A DNA stretch of 64,000 nucleotides from the human T2T-CHM13v2.0 reference genome, Homo sapiens. The DNA is taken from the NCBI RefSeq assembly GCF_009914755.1, contig NC_060931.1; one strand, given 5' to 3'. A program made the translations under genes and the position numbers. Each line of letters begins with the position of its first letter. The stretch's first letter is position 1. Below, piece after piece: positions 42,399-59,470 of the stretch. Below the pieces are notes generated by a model. It searched no databases and had not been told where the DNA came from. It worked only from the letters and a program-made list of their open reading frames with translations.

Positions 42399-43972
42399 CC
42401 TTCGGTATAATTTAGTTTGATGTAGATATCAGTTGGTTGCCATAGGAAGAGTCCTAAAACTTACACGGTATCTATGGGACATGTTGACAGAGATGGTTCC
42501 TGGATTGAATATACAGGTTTAGGAATCAGGAAGGAAATAGTATAGGGTTCAGGAAACAGAACATAGGTAAGTTACTGTTGTTATTATACAACTAAAAAAA
42601 AATTTGCATGGCTCTAGGATGGTCACTCATCTTTTAAACTTACTTTATGTAAGAATTACAGAGACAATTCTCTCAAATACCAACACACATGAAAGATTTA
42701 CAAAGGAAATAAAATTCCAGGTTCTCTCATTTTCTATACTAGCTACTTGTAAGGAAATAAGTGATCATCTATCAGAGGCTGAAATTAAACGTTTATTCAG
42801 AAATGCAAATTGTTAATGTTTTATAACTAGGAAAACTAAAACTGATGATTTTATTTACCAATGAAAGATTTTTTAAAAGTAAAAATCCAATTATTTCCTT
42901 TAATCCTAACTCTACTTATCAAATCATAAATCTGAGTTGAAGAGCTCATCTATCATTCACTCATTCAACAGTTATTGAGGTTCTATCATATGCCAGGCAC
43001 TTCTAAGCTCTTGTGATACAGCAGTGAACAAAAAGTTCCTGACCTCTTGAAGTTTCTAGCAGTTGACAGTCTATATCAAAAGAACAAACAAGGTAATTAC
43101 AGTGTTATGAGTGCTACAAGGAAATAAACTAGGGTGGGAAAGTGCTACTTTAGGAATGATGGTCACGGAAAGCCTCTCCAAGGAGGTATCATTTGAGCTG
43201 AGACCCAAAATAATCTAGTCCTATCCCTCTGCATCATTAACTGGTAATGGCATCTCTTTTCTCTACTCCTTTATTTTGGTACTTAAGAATTCTCTGAATT
43301 AGGTTTTTTCTGATTCCTATCTTCAAGGATATTGTTTGCCCATATACCCTTCACTGAATTTAAATGCCAAAAAAACAAAGCAATAAAGCTATATGCCACA
43401 TGAATGCCTGGCTCCTCTGTTCATCACGGCTATGTCCTGAAGTTCTCTGATTTCCCTTCACAAATCCAAACATAAGGGTATGTCCTTACAAAAGAGCAGC
43501 TGAGTGCCATAACAGCTATGTCTGTATTAAATTTACTCTGCCAAATTCACAAGGCATGTGAAAATAAAATCCTTTCCGGAAGGTGTATTTGGTCAATATA
43601 TTTCTTGGAGAAGTTCTTAGCATCAATGTGTAAGTGAGAAAAACTCTTGTTGTGATTCTCATTCTCTGGTGAGAGACATGTGTGTTATTCTTAGAATAAA
43701 AATAAACTTTTGGGATTGTTAATATAGCCTCAGTTACAAACCATAAAATGATTAGGAAGACCCATTCCAGTGAGTTTATTTATTCATGATAGACCAGAAC
43801 CAAAAGTAGAAAAGAAAGGTTAATTATCAGATAATATAAATGTATTCAGATAATATATTTATATATAAATATATAATTATAATATTACATATAATATTAT
43901 TATCAGATTATTATTATCGGATCTCCAGATCATCAGGCTAGTGAGTAGAAACTTGGCTGAAAAGGGGAAACA

Positions 43973-44271
43973 GGCCGGGTGTGGTGGCTCACGTCTGTAA
44001 ACACTTTGGGAGGCTGAGGCCCCCAGAGTGCCTGAGCTCAGGAGTTTGAGACCCGCCTGGGCAACATGGCGAAACCCTGTCTCTACTAAAAATACAAGCA
44101 ATTAGCTGGGCATGGTGGCATTTGCCTGTAGTCACAGCTACTCAGGACGCTGAGGCACAAGAATTGCTTGAGCCTGGGAGGCGGAGGTTACAGTGAGCAG
44201 AGATTGTGCCACTGCACTCCAGCCTGGGCAACAGAGCAAGACCCCATCTCACAAAAAAAAAAAAAAAAAAA
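43973..44271 (+). mobile_element. Alu element
   Basis: ggccgggtgtggtggctcac... plus poly(A). Confidence 0.96.
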
Positions 44272-47200
44272 GAGGGGCAGAGAGAAGTGGAGAGGAAAAG
44301 ACCAGGAGAATAGAAAAAGGGGAAAGGAGAAAAGAGAAAGTGGAAGAATTGCCTGAATAGTAATGAGCACTTTTCTGTCCTGCTTGTTCTGCTCTTTAAG
44401 AGCTTAATAAAGTCTGTATCTTCTGTCATGTTTCTCAAGTGAAGATCACACACAAAAATCATGCTCACGTAGTTGGAGGAAAGATTATTTCAGTTGGGTT
44501 GTGAAGGATGGGCAAGATTTACATACCGGTAAAAAGAAGTTTCCAAATAAAATAACAAGCAATTGAAAAATTTGCCATAGGTTCTTTCAACCAGAAATGA
44601 CCTTATATCAGATATGCTCTAGAATTGTTGATACAGTCATAGCAAACAGGTGAGAAAAAAAATGAAAGCAATGACTTATGTGCATCCATAGTGAATGTGT
44701 GTGCTCACTGATGGGGTACAATAATATGCCAGCTGTCATTTACTAGATGATAGCAAAGTGGCTGATGCTGCATTAAGTGCTTTATATTTATATAAATTTT
44801 ATTAGTCAGGAGCAAAATGGCTTACTCGTAACAAAGCTGCCCTTAATTGACAGAAAACAATCTGTTCAGGTGGTCAGAAAAATTGACCTAGAAGTGAGGA
44901 GAGGCAGGGATTCATTACAGGTACACAGAAACAAATACACTGATCAGGAACTCACAGCTATCCATATCCAGGTTCGTCAGTTAGATGACTCACTAGCTAA
45001 ACAAAATCAGAGCTGTCCCTTAGACAATGGGAGAGAATTCAACTTAATAGCTGAGCATAGTTTCATTCTTAATATTTATATTCCACATCAAAAAAGAAGA
45101 TAAGCCATTTGTTAAACAGTCTTGTATTAAATGTCCAACAGAAAGAAATCATTTCCTCAAACTTAGAGGACTCTGGCATATACTAGCAAAACTTATTTGT
45201 AGCATTGGTGAGTATATTTCTTTTCATAGTGCCATATACATTTAGTACTAGCAGAGAACAAAAGCTTCCTGACTATAGCTTATTCAGTTTAGCTCTTGCT
45301 TGCTGTCAGATCTCTTCTTCAAGTTGTTCACACATACTATGTAGGAAGAAAACAGGCTATCAAGCTGGCCATCAATCAGTCTGAATCAGGAAGGCAAAGC
45401 TTATAGTAACTGAACAGATTTTTGCTCAGTAGAATGAATTTGTGTGAGCATAGGTGGAGGGTGGGAAGTGTTCAAGATTGTTTTAATTATTTTCATAACT
45501 AATTAAAATCAGAAGATTAAAAAAAGACTGTAACACATTTGTCACTGAATCTAGTTCATCTATCCCATGAATTTTTTCTGGTTGTATTTATGTATCCTTT
45601 CTCCTAGATGACCCAGTCAATCATTTTGGTATAGTCATCAACCAAATTGAGCAGCAATCTAAAACAACTATCACATGGCAAACAGGATTAGATGGCCCAT
45701 GTAACAGCAGGATCACTTTCATCTTCAGGAAAACCTGTGTTAGTGCTAAGATCATTAAGAAGCTCTTGTACTTTAACTGGTATAACCATTTCTAACTTAC
45801 TTATCACCACAGTTCTGTAACCAATTTTCTTTCCATAGATATGAACTAGGCTTAACATGATTAACAAAAGTGTTTTCTAATTCTTTTCTATTCATCTTAG
45901 AAATGTACAAAACCTCCTAATTAGAATATCTGATAAATGATTAAGAAAGCCAGTAGGTAAGAGAAATAAATAACTGGATTTTATCATTGAGAATACAGTC
46001 AATAGGGAATCTAAAATGAAAACTTAAAGACATAAACAACTAAAAATGACAGGAATGATAAATTTGATAGAGTTCCTCTAATATAACACATTGTAGTTAA
46101 GAGTTAGCATTATTTAGATAGCTTAAGTCTTTTAAATTACTTAGATCTTTTCCCCCACTCTTGTTTTTTTTCACAGCTGGTGGACATTTATATGAAATTA
46201 ATTTCTCTTGTGGCATAAATTGATCTATTTCTACCAAAACTTCCTTGGCCAAAATCCTATAGCTAGTTTTAAAATAATCTGTTTCTCTTTGTTTTTAAAG
46301 CCAGTTTTTACTTGCATTCTCTGTTGAAGAATTATTCAGTTCCCTGGTCAGGTAAAATTGGTATATTAGCAATTTTCTACTCATAATATAAAAGTAAGTA
46401 TATTAGAATGTACTACGTTAGAGTTAGATAGGCTAAAAATCAGTGACACATGTTCTTTTCTAACTTTTCCGTCAGTAGTTTCAGGGAAACGTCAAGAGTG
46501 GTTGGGCACTGTATTAGAACATCTATGGAGCTTCAAAAAATACATTTATATATAATACATAAAAATACAAATATATACATATATAGGCATTCCTGGATCC
46601 TACCATCTAATACACTGCTTCAAAGTAGGACCTGGACTTCGCAGTGTGTTCTAAGTTCTAGAGGTGAAAATTGCTGCATTGTTACTCCTTAAACCAGTAT
46701 TTCTGAATGTTGGTCCTTATACCCATTTTAGTCGATAACAGAGTTTTCACTAGACCATAGTGAAACGAAAAGCAAGGAAAGCTAAACTTATCCCATTTTT
46801 AATTTATAAATTATTTTCCTTCCCTTCCACCCTCCCACCTTTTTGATATTAAAATAGTCTCCCTTTTGTTAAATAATGTTGATGGTAGACATTTACAATA
46901 TAATGACTTGGCAAAATAAAAAGTTGCCAACACTTATGTAAATAACCCAGCTGTTCCACCTTTTTTGAGATTTTACAGATCTGTGAAATTCAAAAGTCCG
47001 GACATTTCTGCCTTTAAACAATTTAAAGCAAAAAACATCTTAGAACGACTTGGTGAGTGGGAGAGATGAACCACTGGTACCATCTTTTAAGGTTAGGAAA
47101 TGTAATTATGCTCTAATTTGGAAAACACCTGAAAGACTTCACGTCTCTATCTTCTCTACCAAGCCCTTTGTCTTGTGAATTCTCTTCCTCTGCTGATTCT

Positions 47201-47296
47201 GCATGGCTTTCTATCCTATTCAGTATCAAGTTCTGATTTTTTGTTTATTTTGTTTTCATTTCATTTCTAAGTATTGCTCAATGATCCCGTCCTCTG

Positions 47297-47659
47297 TGAT
47301 ATGGTTTGGCTGTGTCCCTACTCAAATCTCATCTTCAACTGTAGCTCCCATAATCTCCACATGTTGTGGGAGGAACCCAGTCAGGGGGTAATTGAATCAT
47401 GGGGTTGGGTTTTCCCATGCTGTTCTCACAATAGTGAATAAGTCTCATGAGATCTGATGGTTTTATAAAGGGGAGTTCTCCTGCATATGCTTTCTTGCCT
47501 GCTGCCATGTAAGACGTGCCTTTGTTCCTCCTTTACTTTCCACCATGATTGTGAGGCTCCCCAGCCATGTGGAACTGTGAGTCCACTAAACATCTTTTCC
47601 TTTATAAATTACCCAGTCTCGGGTATTTCTTCATAGCAGTATGAAAATGGACTAATACA
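47297..47659 (+). mobile_element. THE1 (C/D-like) MaLR solo LTR, antisense to HYCC1
   Basis: tgatatggtttggctgtgtcc...atggactaataca; near-perfect 5-bp TSD ctctg/ctcag. Confidence 0.93.
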
Positions 47660-48267
47660 CTCAGGATAAGTTGCATTTTCTAAATAAATTCCTCAAATAG
47701 AAATTATTCCACATGTTCCTTAGTTCTATAATATCTCTTATTTACTTGAATTATCGAGGGGAATAATCTGACATTTTTGTTTGTTTTGTTTCTCCTTTTT
47801 AAAAAAAGTAACATTCACATTACCAAAAATTTAGAAAATCACAAAAAAAATCACAAAGGAGAAAATTAAAATAAACCACAATTCCACCAACTAGAGATAA
47901 TCATTGTTAATATTCTGGTCATATTCAACCAATCAGGAAATCATACCATACATACTATCATTAACTACTCTTTTAAATCAGGATTTTTAAAATGTGAATA
48001 TACTATACTCAAGGATATAATTTATTTTATAACCCCTTGGCTCAATTTATTTTTAACAAGAAAAGTTTAAGAACCAGTATCTCTTACTTATTTCTTAGTT
48101 CCAAATTAGAGCACAGTAAAAATAAATAAATAAATGCAAACAAAAAGAAGCCAACCACATGCCAAAACTTGAAAGGTCATAACAGCTCTATCATTTAGCT
48201 ATATACTATAATCCTTTTCTGATTAAATAGTCAATTTAAACGTTATTCAGCTTTACATTCTTCATGA

Positions 48268-48593
<326 letters not shown>

Positions 48594-48782
48594 CTTTATC
48601 ATGTTTTTTGTGACTATCAATTATAGGGAACTTTCCATGTGTTGGGTAGGCTGAGCTTTACATTAACTTATTTAATGTTTTAAACAAATGATTACACAAA
48701 ACAAAAATAACTTAGGTATGTACCAGACTAGCAATCATAGATTCATATATTTCAATATTAGAAGCACTTGAATTTTACTTTA

Positions 48783-48920
<138 letters not shown>

Positions 48921-49229
48921 CTAAGAAGTCAACTATAATAGGGGAGAGAGCACTCCTTGGGGAGAGATACAATGTTACAGAACAGACCTGCACAGTATAA
49001 GCACACCAATAATGAAAAACTACAAGGAAAAAAAGACTTTCCAAGTAACAGCCATATGAAACCTGTCTTTAAAATTCAGTGTTCCAGCTGACACCTGAAG
49101 CAAAGCACAGTGACAAATCTAGATCTGTTTTTCTCTTGTATAAAATGACTCAGTATTCAAATAAATTGTCACACACAACTCATTAAACATTATTTATAAG
49201 TCTACTGAAATAATTTTCTTAAAAAATTA

Positions 49230-49382
<153 letters not shown>

Positions 49383-49893
49383 CTAGAGAAAAGACATTTG
49401 AATAAAGAAAAAAAAAGCTATTCTGCTGAAAAGGTGATATATAGAATATATATATACCACTAAAATAGCTACCACGAACATCATATATCTTAAACATATT
49501 TAGGCTGCCTACCAAATTTTCTGCTCGAAGATTTAATAACTAATTTTAAAACAAACCACAAATGAGAAATAAAAATTAGTTTAATTTCACAAATTCTACC
49601 ATGGAAATACACAATTGCCCACCCACCACCCCCCTGCCCGCCGGCCAACACACACAAGTAGCCATCCATCAGGAAGAGGGAAAAATATTTCAAAAAGAAT
49701 ACTTTCAATAGATCTCTTATTAGCACATTTTAGTTTGATGTTCATTTATTTTGATTTCTTATCTCAATTTGGAAATAGTAAATACTTTGTGGGTGTTTAT
49801 ACTTTTGCAGGTACTAATAAATTGATCAATTTTTTTCCTAAATAACTAGATTATAACTTGTGGCAATATCAAAGCTTAGGGTCAATAAACTTA

Positions 49894-49995
<102 letters not shown>

Positions 49996-50833
49996 CTATA
50001 GAAGTGAAAGAAAATATATTAAAATACATACTTTCTTACACACAAATTTACAAACTAAATTTAAATAGTCTAAAACATTTTTTTGAAAAAGACCTGAATA
50101 GAAAGGAATTTTAAGTTAAAACCTTAAACCATGATAATCCATTATTATTCATCAACACCGGTAGTTAAACTGTACATCCTTCCACTTAAAAAACATATGT
50201 AACAAATTTTCAGGATGGCTGAGATACAGATACAGTGTCTTAATAATCCTTGATCTTACTCATGTAACAAGTTATATTTGCTAAGCGAAGTAATCATTTA
50301 AATATGAAATATGTGAAGAAAATGACCTTATATTTCTTTTCTATTTTGAAAGGTACAAAACTTAAGTATCTAGAATACCATACGAATTAACATATAAACT
50401 CTATTAGTAATGCAAGCCGTATGTTAAAATAATGTTGTACACTCTGGAGACAGTCTAGATTTTATGCAACTATGATTGGTGAATATTAGAGTAAATCTTT
50501 TCTCCCAAACTTTCTGTGAAGGTCAGAAACAGATCATTTATAGACAATGGACTTTAAGTTTACAAAATTTAAAATGCAACACTGATATTTTCAGATATCT
50601 CTATAAAAGAAATGAAATGGTCTGATTTTCAACCTTCAATCAATCCATAAAGGTAAGTTACATAATTACATGTACGCTTGTATGTCTCCCAATCCCCAGA
50701 AAGTTATATTTGGAAGAATGGGCTATGAGTCATTTGGTGTATGAAAAAACAAACACTAGCTTTATTAAAATGAAAAGCAGTTGCACAGGTTATATATTTG
50801 ATTTTGTCAAAAAAGATTTTGTTAACTCCATTA

Positions 50834-51022
<189 letters not shown>

Positions 51023-54000
51023 CTAGAAGAAAGACAAAATGTTAATTCAAGAACTGGACTGTATTTGAATGGAACTACTATATGAAGTATAAAAGGTTTT
51101 CTCAGATTGGTAAAAATCATATCTTTTTAAGTTCTTAAAATAGCTAAGTTGTAGGGAGTTTCTTCCTAAAATATCCTTTCTTCCTGGTAAAACACATGCC
51201 ACTATATAAAGGATTGACTATGGGGTTGAAGAAATTGAATGGGAATCCTGGGTAGTTACTGTCCTATCTCCCGCCTCCTGAGTTTATAATTTGACAGCAT
51301 CTGACAGGAATGATTGGTACATAGGGGGGCTAAATAACTACAGACTCCCCTGGATCTAGAACCCTATTGTAACCATGATTAATTGGCCCTGGATAATCTA
51401 AATATTGCTGTAATTTTATTTTAAACATAATTTGGAGTCATCTACAACCTTTTCCTCTCCCACCACACTCTCAACATTATCCAGTTAATAGAGCTGACTG
51501 TATCTTTATAATGGGCTTTAAAAAATCAGATAGGCAAGGTAAGACCCTCTTATAGGTAAGTATTCTCTTAAAGCATATACAATGATTGCACACAAGTCAT
51601 AATCAAATATGTTAAGAGATTCACAAGGTACTGTTCACAAGGTACTGATTTTTCAAGCAAATTATCAGGCTATTTATTATATATATCCAATGAACTATAC
51701 CTCACCTAAGGCAACAAATTTAAATATACTAAACAGATTTTCTACAACCAATAATGGTAATGAACAAAAACTAATTTACAGTGGATGTTTTGATTTCAAG
51801 TAAGTGAAATATGTAAACTGAATATAATTAAAGTCAATATTGTTTATAAAAGGTATAACAAAAGTTATACTTCAATAAACACTAAGTCAAACTAGTCTTT
51901 CCTATTGAAAAATTACCTAACTTCTGACAGTTAATCTTCCACAAGGAATACTTTCTCCACTCTTGAAATGGTCTTTAGAGGGCAACAGATGTCCACTGTG
52001 GCCATGGAAAGATAACAGAAAAACAGAGGGGCAGGAGGTAAAGTCATGCCATTCAGAGATAGCAAGAAAAGTTTTTAGCGTAGGAATTTGGAATGGGGAT
52101 AGAGGTGGCTGGAAGAAAGAATGACTGGTTAGGGATATTTAGCTTTCAGGGTGGAGTTTTCAAAATTTTCTTTGCGGACCCACATCAATAATCTTGAATT
52201 GTGGCATAACATCCCTCCCTCATCTCTAAATCCCTCAGAAAGCTAAATCAATTGAGATAGTCTAACAAACATTGCAAAATTATGAAATCTTATTTGAAAT
52301 TTTATTCAAGACAGTTTGTATGAACACATAATTTTAATCAAAACATACTCAAAAGGCTTTATAACCCATTTAAAATCCAAAATTTAGAGTTTTTGCCATA
52401 CGAAAATATAACAAGACAGATTCAAAGGGGAGGTAGAAATATATTGCAACAAGATTAGATGAAATTATGCATTTGAAATTAGTACAGATAAATATCAATA
52501 TCTGCATAGTGTGTCACAGATTACAAAGTACTTACACATACATAAACCCATTAAATTCCCACAACACTGGAGGGTAAAATATCATTATCCACACTTTCCA
52601 CAGAAGGAAACTAAGACAAAGAGGCTATCCACTATGACCAAAATCACATGACTCACAAGGGTCAGACCTGGAGCCAGGTATTTTGACTTCTTTACCAACA
52701 TACCTGAAAAATGTCAGGAAGAATAAAATGATATACAGTGTGGGAAATACGGACAGTGTCTGACATATCTAACTTGACTATATTTGAAGCAAGCAAAGGA
52801 GCATTAGAACCTGCTGTGTTCCTGGTGTCTGGGTTGCATTTTTTAATGTTTTTTTTTTTTCATGGAAACCATATTATTTATGGTGGTTAGGTTTTACAGT
52901 ATTATTAAGAGAGACTGTACCTCAAGTATATTTATATGTGTTAAATGGGCTTTTATGGGTTTAATGAGAACCTAGTCACCATGTGTCATCTCTCCATTGT
53001 AAAATAAATTTTGAGTTCTGAAACAACTAAGCTGCAAATGGATTTTTACAACAATTCATTCATAAGTAACAAGTCTGTATCCTAAGAGAGATTTCTAGTG
53101 GTAACAGGCACATGACTCAAAAATGTTCTTTAATGACTAAGTAAGGAAAATGTTCTTTAATGACTAAGCAGGAAAAGAGTCAAGTTTTGGTAAATTTAGA
53201 AGGAAAATCTTGCAAAATTTTTTGTATTGAACAATTACTCAGGAACATTGGGTAAGAAAAAGATACGGAAAAGTTGGAGAACACTACTATTCAGGAACCA
53301 GCAGCTACTGGTACCGGACCTCTCCACTCTCTGGACTCCCGACTCCTAGAACTCCAAGGAGACTTTATGTAGGTCTTTCAAAAAACAGCTGATTTCATAA
53401 CAGACTTAAGTAGTATCAACCTCTACTCATAGGCCTGTCTCAAAGTTATAGTCAACTAAAAGCGCCGTTTAAGCAAACTGCACTGTACCCATATAAACTG
53501 CCTCTTTATAAGTTTCTTGAACACATCACATATCGCAGGGCCTTTCCACCTACAGTTCCCTCTCCTGGAAGGCTCTTGCCCCTGATTCCACCCCAACTCC
53601 TAATTCGTTTGGATCTTGATTCAATCGCCAACTTCCTCAGTCCCAACACATATTTCCCTTACTTCATTTTATTTATCCTTATAGCTTTATCACTAACTGA
53701 CATAGTATTATATGTTTAGTTATTTGTTTAATGTCTTCTCACTAACTAGAAAACAAGTTTTAATCTACAAGATCAAGAATTTAGTCTATTTTGTTCTCAT
53801 AATTCCTAAGTGGTTCCTGACACATTAAATGCGTTTAATAAATATTTATTAAATGAATAAAACTGAATAATGAAAAAGTACTATTAGTGAAGTTTAAATG
53901 CCAAATTTGTTGCACTTCAAATAATACCAGAAACAATATCTCAAATTTCAAAAATTCTGGAAAATAATAATATCAACTTGTTAGGAATATTTTCAAATTT

Positions 54001-54186
54001 AGACACAAAATATTCTAAACAGCAAAAGGGAGGTTACAATGTTAAAGTAGATTACACTGTTATATTTTAGAAGCACTTCCAAATATATCTGAAAGAGCGA
54101 GTGGTTTTTTTAAGAATACAGAATACACACAGTCTTCACCACATGAACCAGAATAAAAGCACGAAACTAACATGCAAGACCAGAAC

Positions 54187-54498
54187 CAATGCTTCGGAAA
54201 GTGTGGTCCTGAGGATCATCCACAAACTGTTATCAATCTCCAACAATATAAATATAGAAATTGAGAGGAAATATTTATAAACTTTTATAGCAACTTAATA
54301 TTGTTACAAGATCCAAGTGAGTGATTAGCAGATTTATCAGAGTATACATCAGTTAGGGAATATCAAATTTGTGTGGTGCCTCACACATGGTGTGAGTTCA
54401 TGTTAGTCATGTATTTCAGATACACATATTTGTCTGTGACAGATGATAATTTTTTTAAAAAACTGGTCCATCATCACTAGTAGTTTGAGAAACACTGC
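54187..54498. mobile_element. hAT-Charlie-type DNA transposon relic
   Basis: Imperfect TIRs caatgcttcggaaa / tttgagaaacactg. Confidence 0.5.
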
Positions 54499-55605
54499 TC
54501 TGAACCATTAGAGCTATATTCACTAGAGTTATCTGAATAAAAGGAATGCTATAAACTAATCTAGCCAATCATAAATTTATCCTACAAACACTTTCCAAAG
54601 TAGCCTAATTAAAACATACTTCATGACAGAATAATTTTTAAGCTTCTCAAAATAATAAATAATAAATGATCAACAACATTTGTTAAAAAACATAAAGCGT
54701 ATGGCTATACTTACCCTATTTGGTGAAATATATAATTCTAAACCAAACATGGAAAACCTTAAAACAGCTTTCACTCAATATTTAAAAAGTAAAATCCTTC
54801 AAGAAAACAGCCTACCTGTGCATTCTATACAAGTTAAGAAGCTTTGGGAAGAAGGAAGAGACAAGACAAATATGATTCTTCAATTCAGTTATTCCAGTTA
54901 AAGTTTTTTGGCTTGTCAATATACTCCCTAATCCCTTCAGCACCTAAAATTCATGATACGCATTATAGTATTACCAGTAGGAGTGGGATATTCTATACCC
55001 CCTCCAAAAGAGGTTAACTACTCAAAAGAAGAGCCTCCCTCAATTTTGGTAGTTTCATCCCAGAGATACATAGATCCATATTGGACTGGACTCCAGGATA
55101 TGTTACTTTACCACTGAATCTGCTGTTAGAGTCTATCATGCCATCAATCAAACTCAAGTACAAAAGGAATTATGTACTTCAGATCCCTCTCTTCTACCAT
55201 ACCTCTTTCCACTCCTCCTGACGCTGCCCAAGTTTAGGTTCTCAACAGCTCCCTCCTAGGCTATTGTCATAGCTTCCTAGTCTTCTTGCATTCCCCATCT
55301 TTTCATTTGCCAATCTATCCTCCACATAGCCACCTTCCTAACCCCTCAGTGCAAAAAAAGTCTAAACTGCTTAAGATGGAATTTGAGGCCCACCATGGTT
55401 ACGTCCTAAACCTAGCTTTCCTAGCTTCAGCTCCTATCACAGCCTTACCCTCTATTGTTAACTACTGCATTAGCCTATTCACCTTTTTCCAAATGCCATA
55501 CCTTTTTACTTTTCATCCTATTTCCAATTTTTTTTCTATTTCTACTATGAATGGTAGGATTTACAAGCAGCAGAATCTGGAATATAGATTATTTTATTAC
55601 CTTCA

Positions 55606-55926
<321 letters not shown>

Positions 55927-56519
55927 TTAGCCATCTGAAAAAAGAAAGAGTGGTAGTGGGGCAAGAGGAAAGACTGGGAAAGGCACTAGCCGGGCTAAAC
56001 TATTTGCCATTCTTTAAATGCCTTGCATTTTCTGAGCCTCCGTATACTATCCCCACTGCATGGAATATTCTTTTACCTTGCCACCTGGAAAACTTGTGCT
56101 TATCCGTAGACTGGATTAAGGATTGCCTTGAAACCATGTGTTTACTTATTTTCTCCCACTTTCCTCTTTCAGGATAAAAACCATGTGTTACTCAATTTGA
56201 TTCTCTACTGCCTAGCATAGCCGATGGCTCATAATGGGCACTCAAATACTTGCTGAATGAATAAAATGAAATGCAGTGACATAGACTTTTCAAAGCTACC
56301 TCTAGCGAGAGAGAAAAAGAGAGAAAATGTTCAGAGATGGCTTCTGGAATACGGTAATAAATTATATTTCTTGGCTTGGGGAATGGTACACTAGAGTTCA
56401 TTTCAGTATTGTTCTTTAAACATATACATTTTCTTACCCCTTTATATCTATTTCACAATAAAAAATTAAAAATCAATCAAGTCAATACTGTTAGCACAAT
56501 AAACCATAAAAGTACTTAC

Positions 56520-56621
56520 CTCACTTTGTGGCTCCTGGATAACTTTATAGAGAGATGAAACTAAAGAACTCTTGTCTTTCAAATTTGTGGCATAATTTGG
56601 TAAAGATGTTTCTGGTAATGT
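56520..56621 (-). CDS. HYCC1: Hyccin exon 3 (102 nt)
   Basis: ttgtttag|ACA...GAG|gtaagt; [34 protein letters not shown]. Confidence 0.97.
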
Positions 56622-56649
56622 CTAAACAAATTTAAAAAAATACATTTTA

Positions 56650-56905
56650 CTTTTATGAAATGTCCAGAATAGGCAAATCCATAGATGCAGAAAGTAAATT
56701 AGTTGTTGCCAGGACTGCAGATGGGAGAAGAAGATTAGGAGTGACTAACAGGTATGAAGTTTCTTTTTGGGGTGATGGAAATGTGCTGGAATTAGATGCT
56801 GGCATTGGTTGTACAACACTGTGAATATATCAAAAACCAAGGCAAGGTAAACATGTTTACCTTAAATTAGTAAATTTTATCTTATATTAATTATATCTCA
56901 ACAAA
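56650..56905 (+). mobile_element. L1MB-type 3' end fragment
   Basis: gaaatgtccagaataggcaaatccataga...tttctttttggggtgatggaaatgtgctggaattaga. Confidence 0.8.
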
Positions 56906-56976
56906 AATTCAAAATAAAACAAAAAATATACTTTATCCTCTTATCAACAAGGACATAAACTAACATCAACACTTCA

Positions 56977-57293
<317 letters not shown>

Positions 57294-59142
57294 TCAAATT
57301 AACTCCGGAGTTACATACTCTGACGGTTGAGCATGAGAAGGCTGTTCTACTTAACCAATTGAAGGGAAAATTTAGACTTTTCAGAGCTAGAGAAAAAGAT
57401 ATCCACACTACCAACAAACGAATTTTCCTAATGCCATTTAAAATACAGACAACTAGTCACAGCTTGCCAGAACCACCTATTCAGAACAAACACCATGACC
57501 AGAGAGTAATGGGAAGAGATAAAACTCCAGTAGTAAGTCAGATGATTTTGAATAAAAGAGTAGGGAAATCTGAATAAAAACATTTCATTATCATAATGAT
57601 AAAAACCTTTCCTTCTGGAGCACACCCCCTCCTCAGCGATATCTGTTTCCTAAGTCATTATTCTCTCTCACCCAAATTACTTCCTTCAGTCAGTCATTGC
57701 CAATCCTGCAGTAGATACCATGTCTCAGGATATTCCTAACTCACTCTAAACGTACATTATTCCTTATATGTCTCATATCCTAGTATTTCAAAATTTAATA
57801 TGGGTTATGATTAGTATATAGGTGGATGTGTGCATAAATTAAACAGCATAAATTTTTACAATAAAGACATTTGATTCATTTTCACTTTACTGTGAGCTCC
57901 TTGAGGGCAAGAACTGTCTTATCATCTCTGCAACCACAGCACTCACCACAGGCCCTCATACGCAAATCTTTGCTGAGGGAACATATTATAGATAAACAAA
58001 ATAAGAAATGAAAATTGCCATTGCTTATACTTTGGTAGATTCTTTAAAAGTGGGTCATATTTCACCTTGGGATATATAAGTGAATAGAATTTTTTTTAAG
58101 TTTAATAAGAGAGTTTTATTTACCAGAAGGGCAAGCAAATGTGGACTATTTGGAAACCTTTCACAATTCTCCCGACGGGGGAAAAAAAGGTTTTACTGCA
58201 ACTGCTTACATAAAGACGAGATTAAGGCATTCTTCAATATTTCAAAAGTATGACACAAAAGATCTCGAGGCAACATTCCATTTCCGTCATTTGATCAAGA
58301 GTAACCTAATACTGGGGGAATTTATATAAAAGGGAATAACAGTCAAATAAACAGCAGATTCCTAATCCTCTGAATAAAAATAAATCTAAATTATATATAT
58401 AATTTATATATATAAAATGCATTATATATATTTAAAACACATTGATGTCTAACATATGTAACTATGTATACATAGTTACATGTATACATGTCTATGTATA
58501 CTGTGTATACATGTCTAACATATATATCTAACTATAAAATTGAAGAATAAATGAACCAAAATATAAATGTTTAAAAAAATTAGTGAATAGAAAGATTACT
58601 ACTTTATATATATATATATCATCTAGGCTAAAACTAGATCATTCATTAAAAACATGAATTACAATGTTCAGCTTATATACTAGCTGACCGTCACGAGGTA
58701 AAATATTTTCTGTGAAACACCCAAAGGCAAAAAGACAGCTGTTTGTCTGAAAAGACAAGCTCTGGAAAATACCATGGACCCAGGCTACCACTGATAAATG
58801 AAAGGAAGGGTATCTTAAATATTAGTGCAGTAATAATACCTTTTATTCACAATTCTGTCATCATTTTATTTAATGAATGTGGGAAAAGTTAATTTTGTCT
58901 GTAGAGAGGGAGAAAATGTTGTGTTCATGAATGGTGTTTTAAAAAACAAGATCTAAAGGAGCCAAATGAATTTAAATACTATTATAGCAAAAACATTTAA
59001 ATTTTCTCACACTGTACTAGTTCAAAGGTAGTGACCTTCTTAAATACTAGCTTAGCTTTCTCACATTTCAGAAGGCATAACTGGAGCTGAAAAGCACCTA
59101 ATGGAAAATTATGTTGGTATATTATTCTTGGCAAAATTTGAC

Positions 59143-59470
<328 letters not shown>

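Noticed and set aside
53120-53169. Short direct repeats (aaaatgttctttaatgactaag x2; similar ones at ~30545-30635, ~40825-40865 and ~9620-9645) as an array
   Set aside because: Only two copies each without unique spacers; consistent with local slippage duplications, not CRISPR-like
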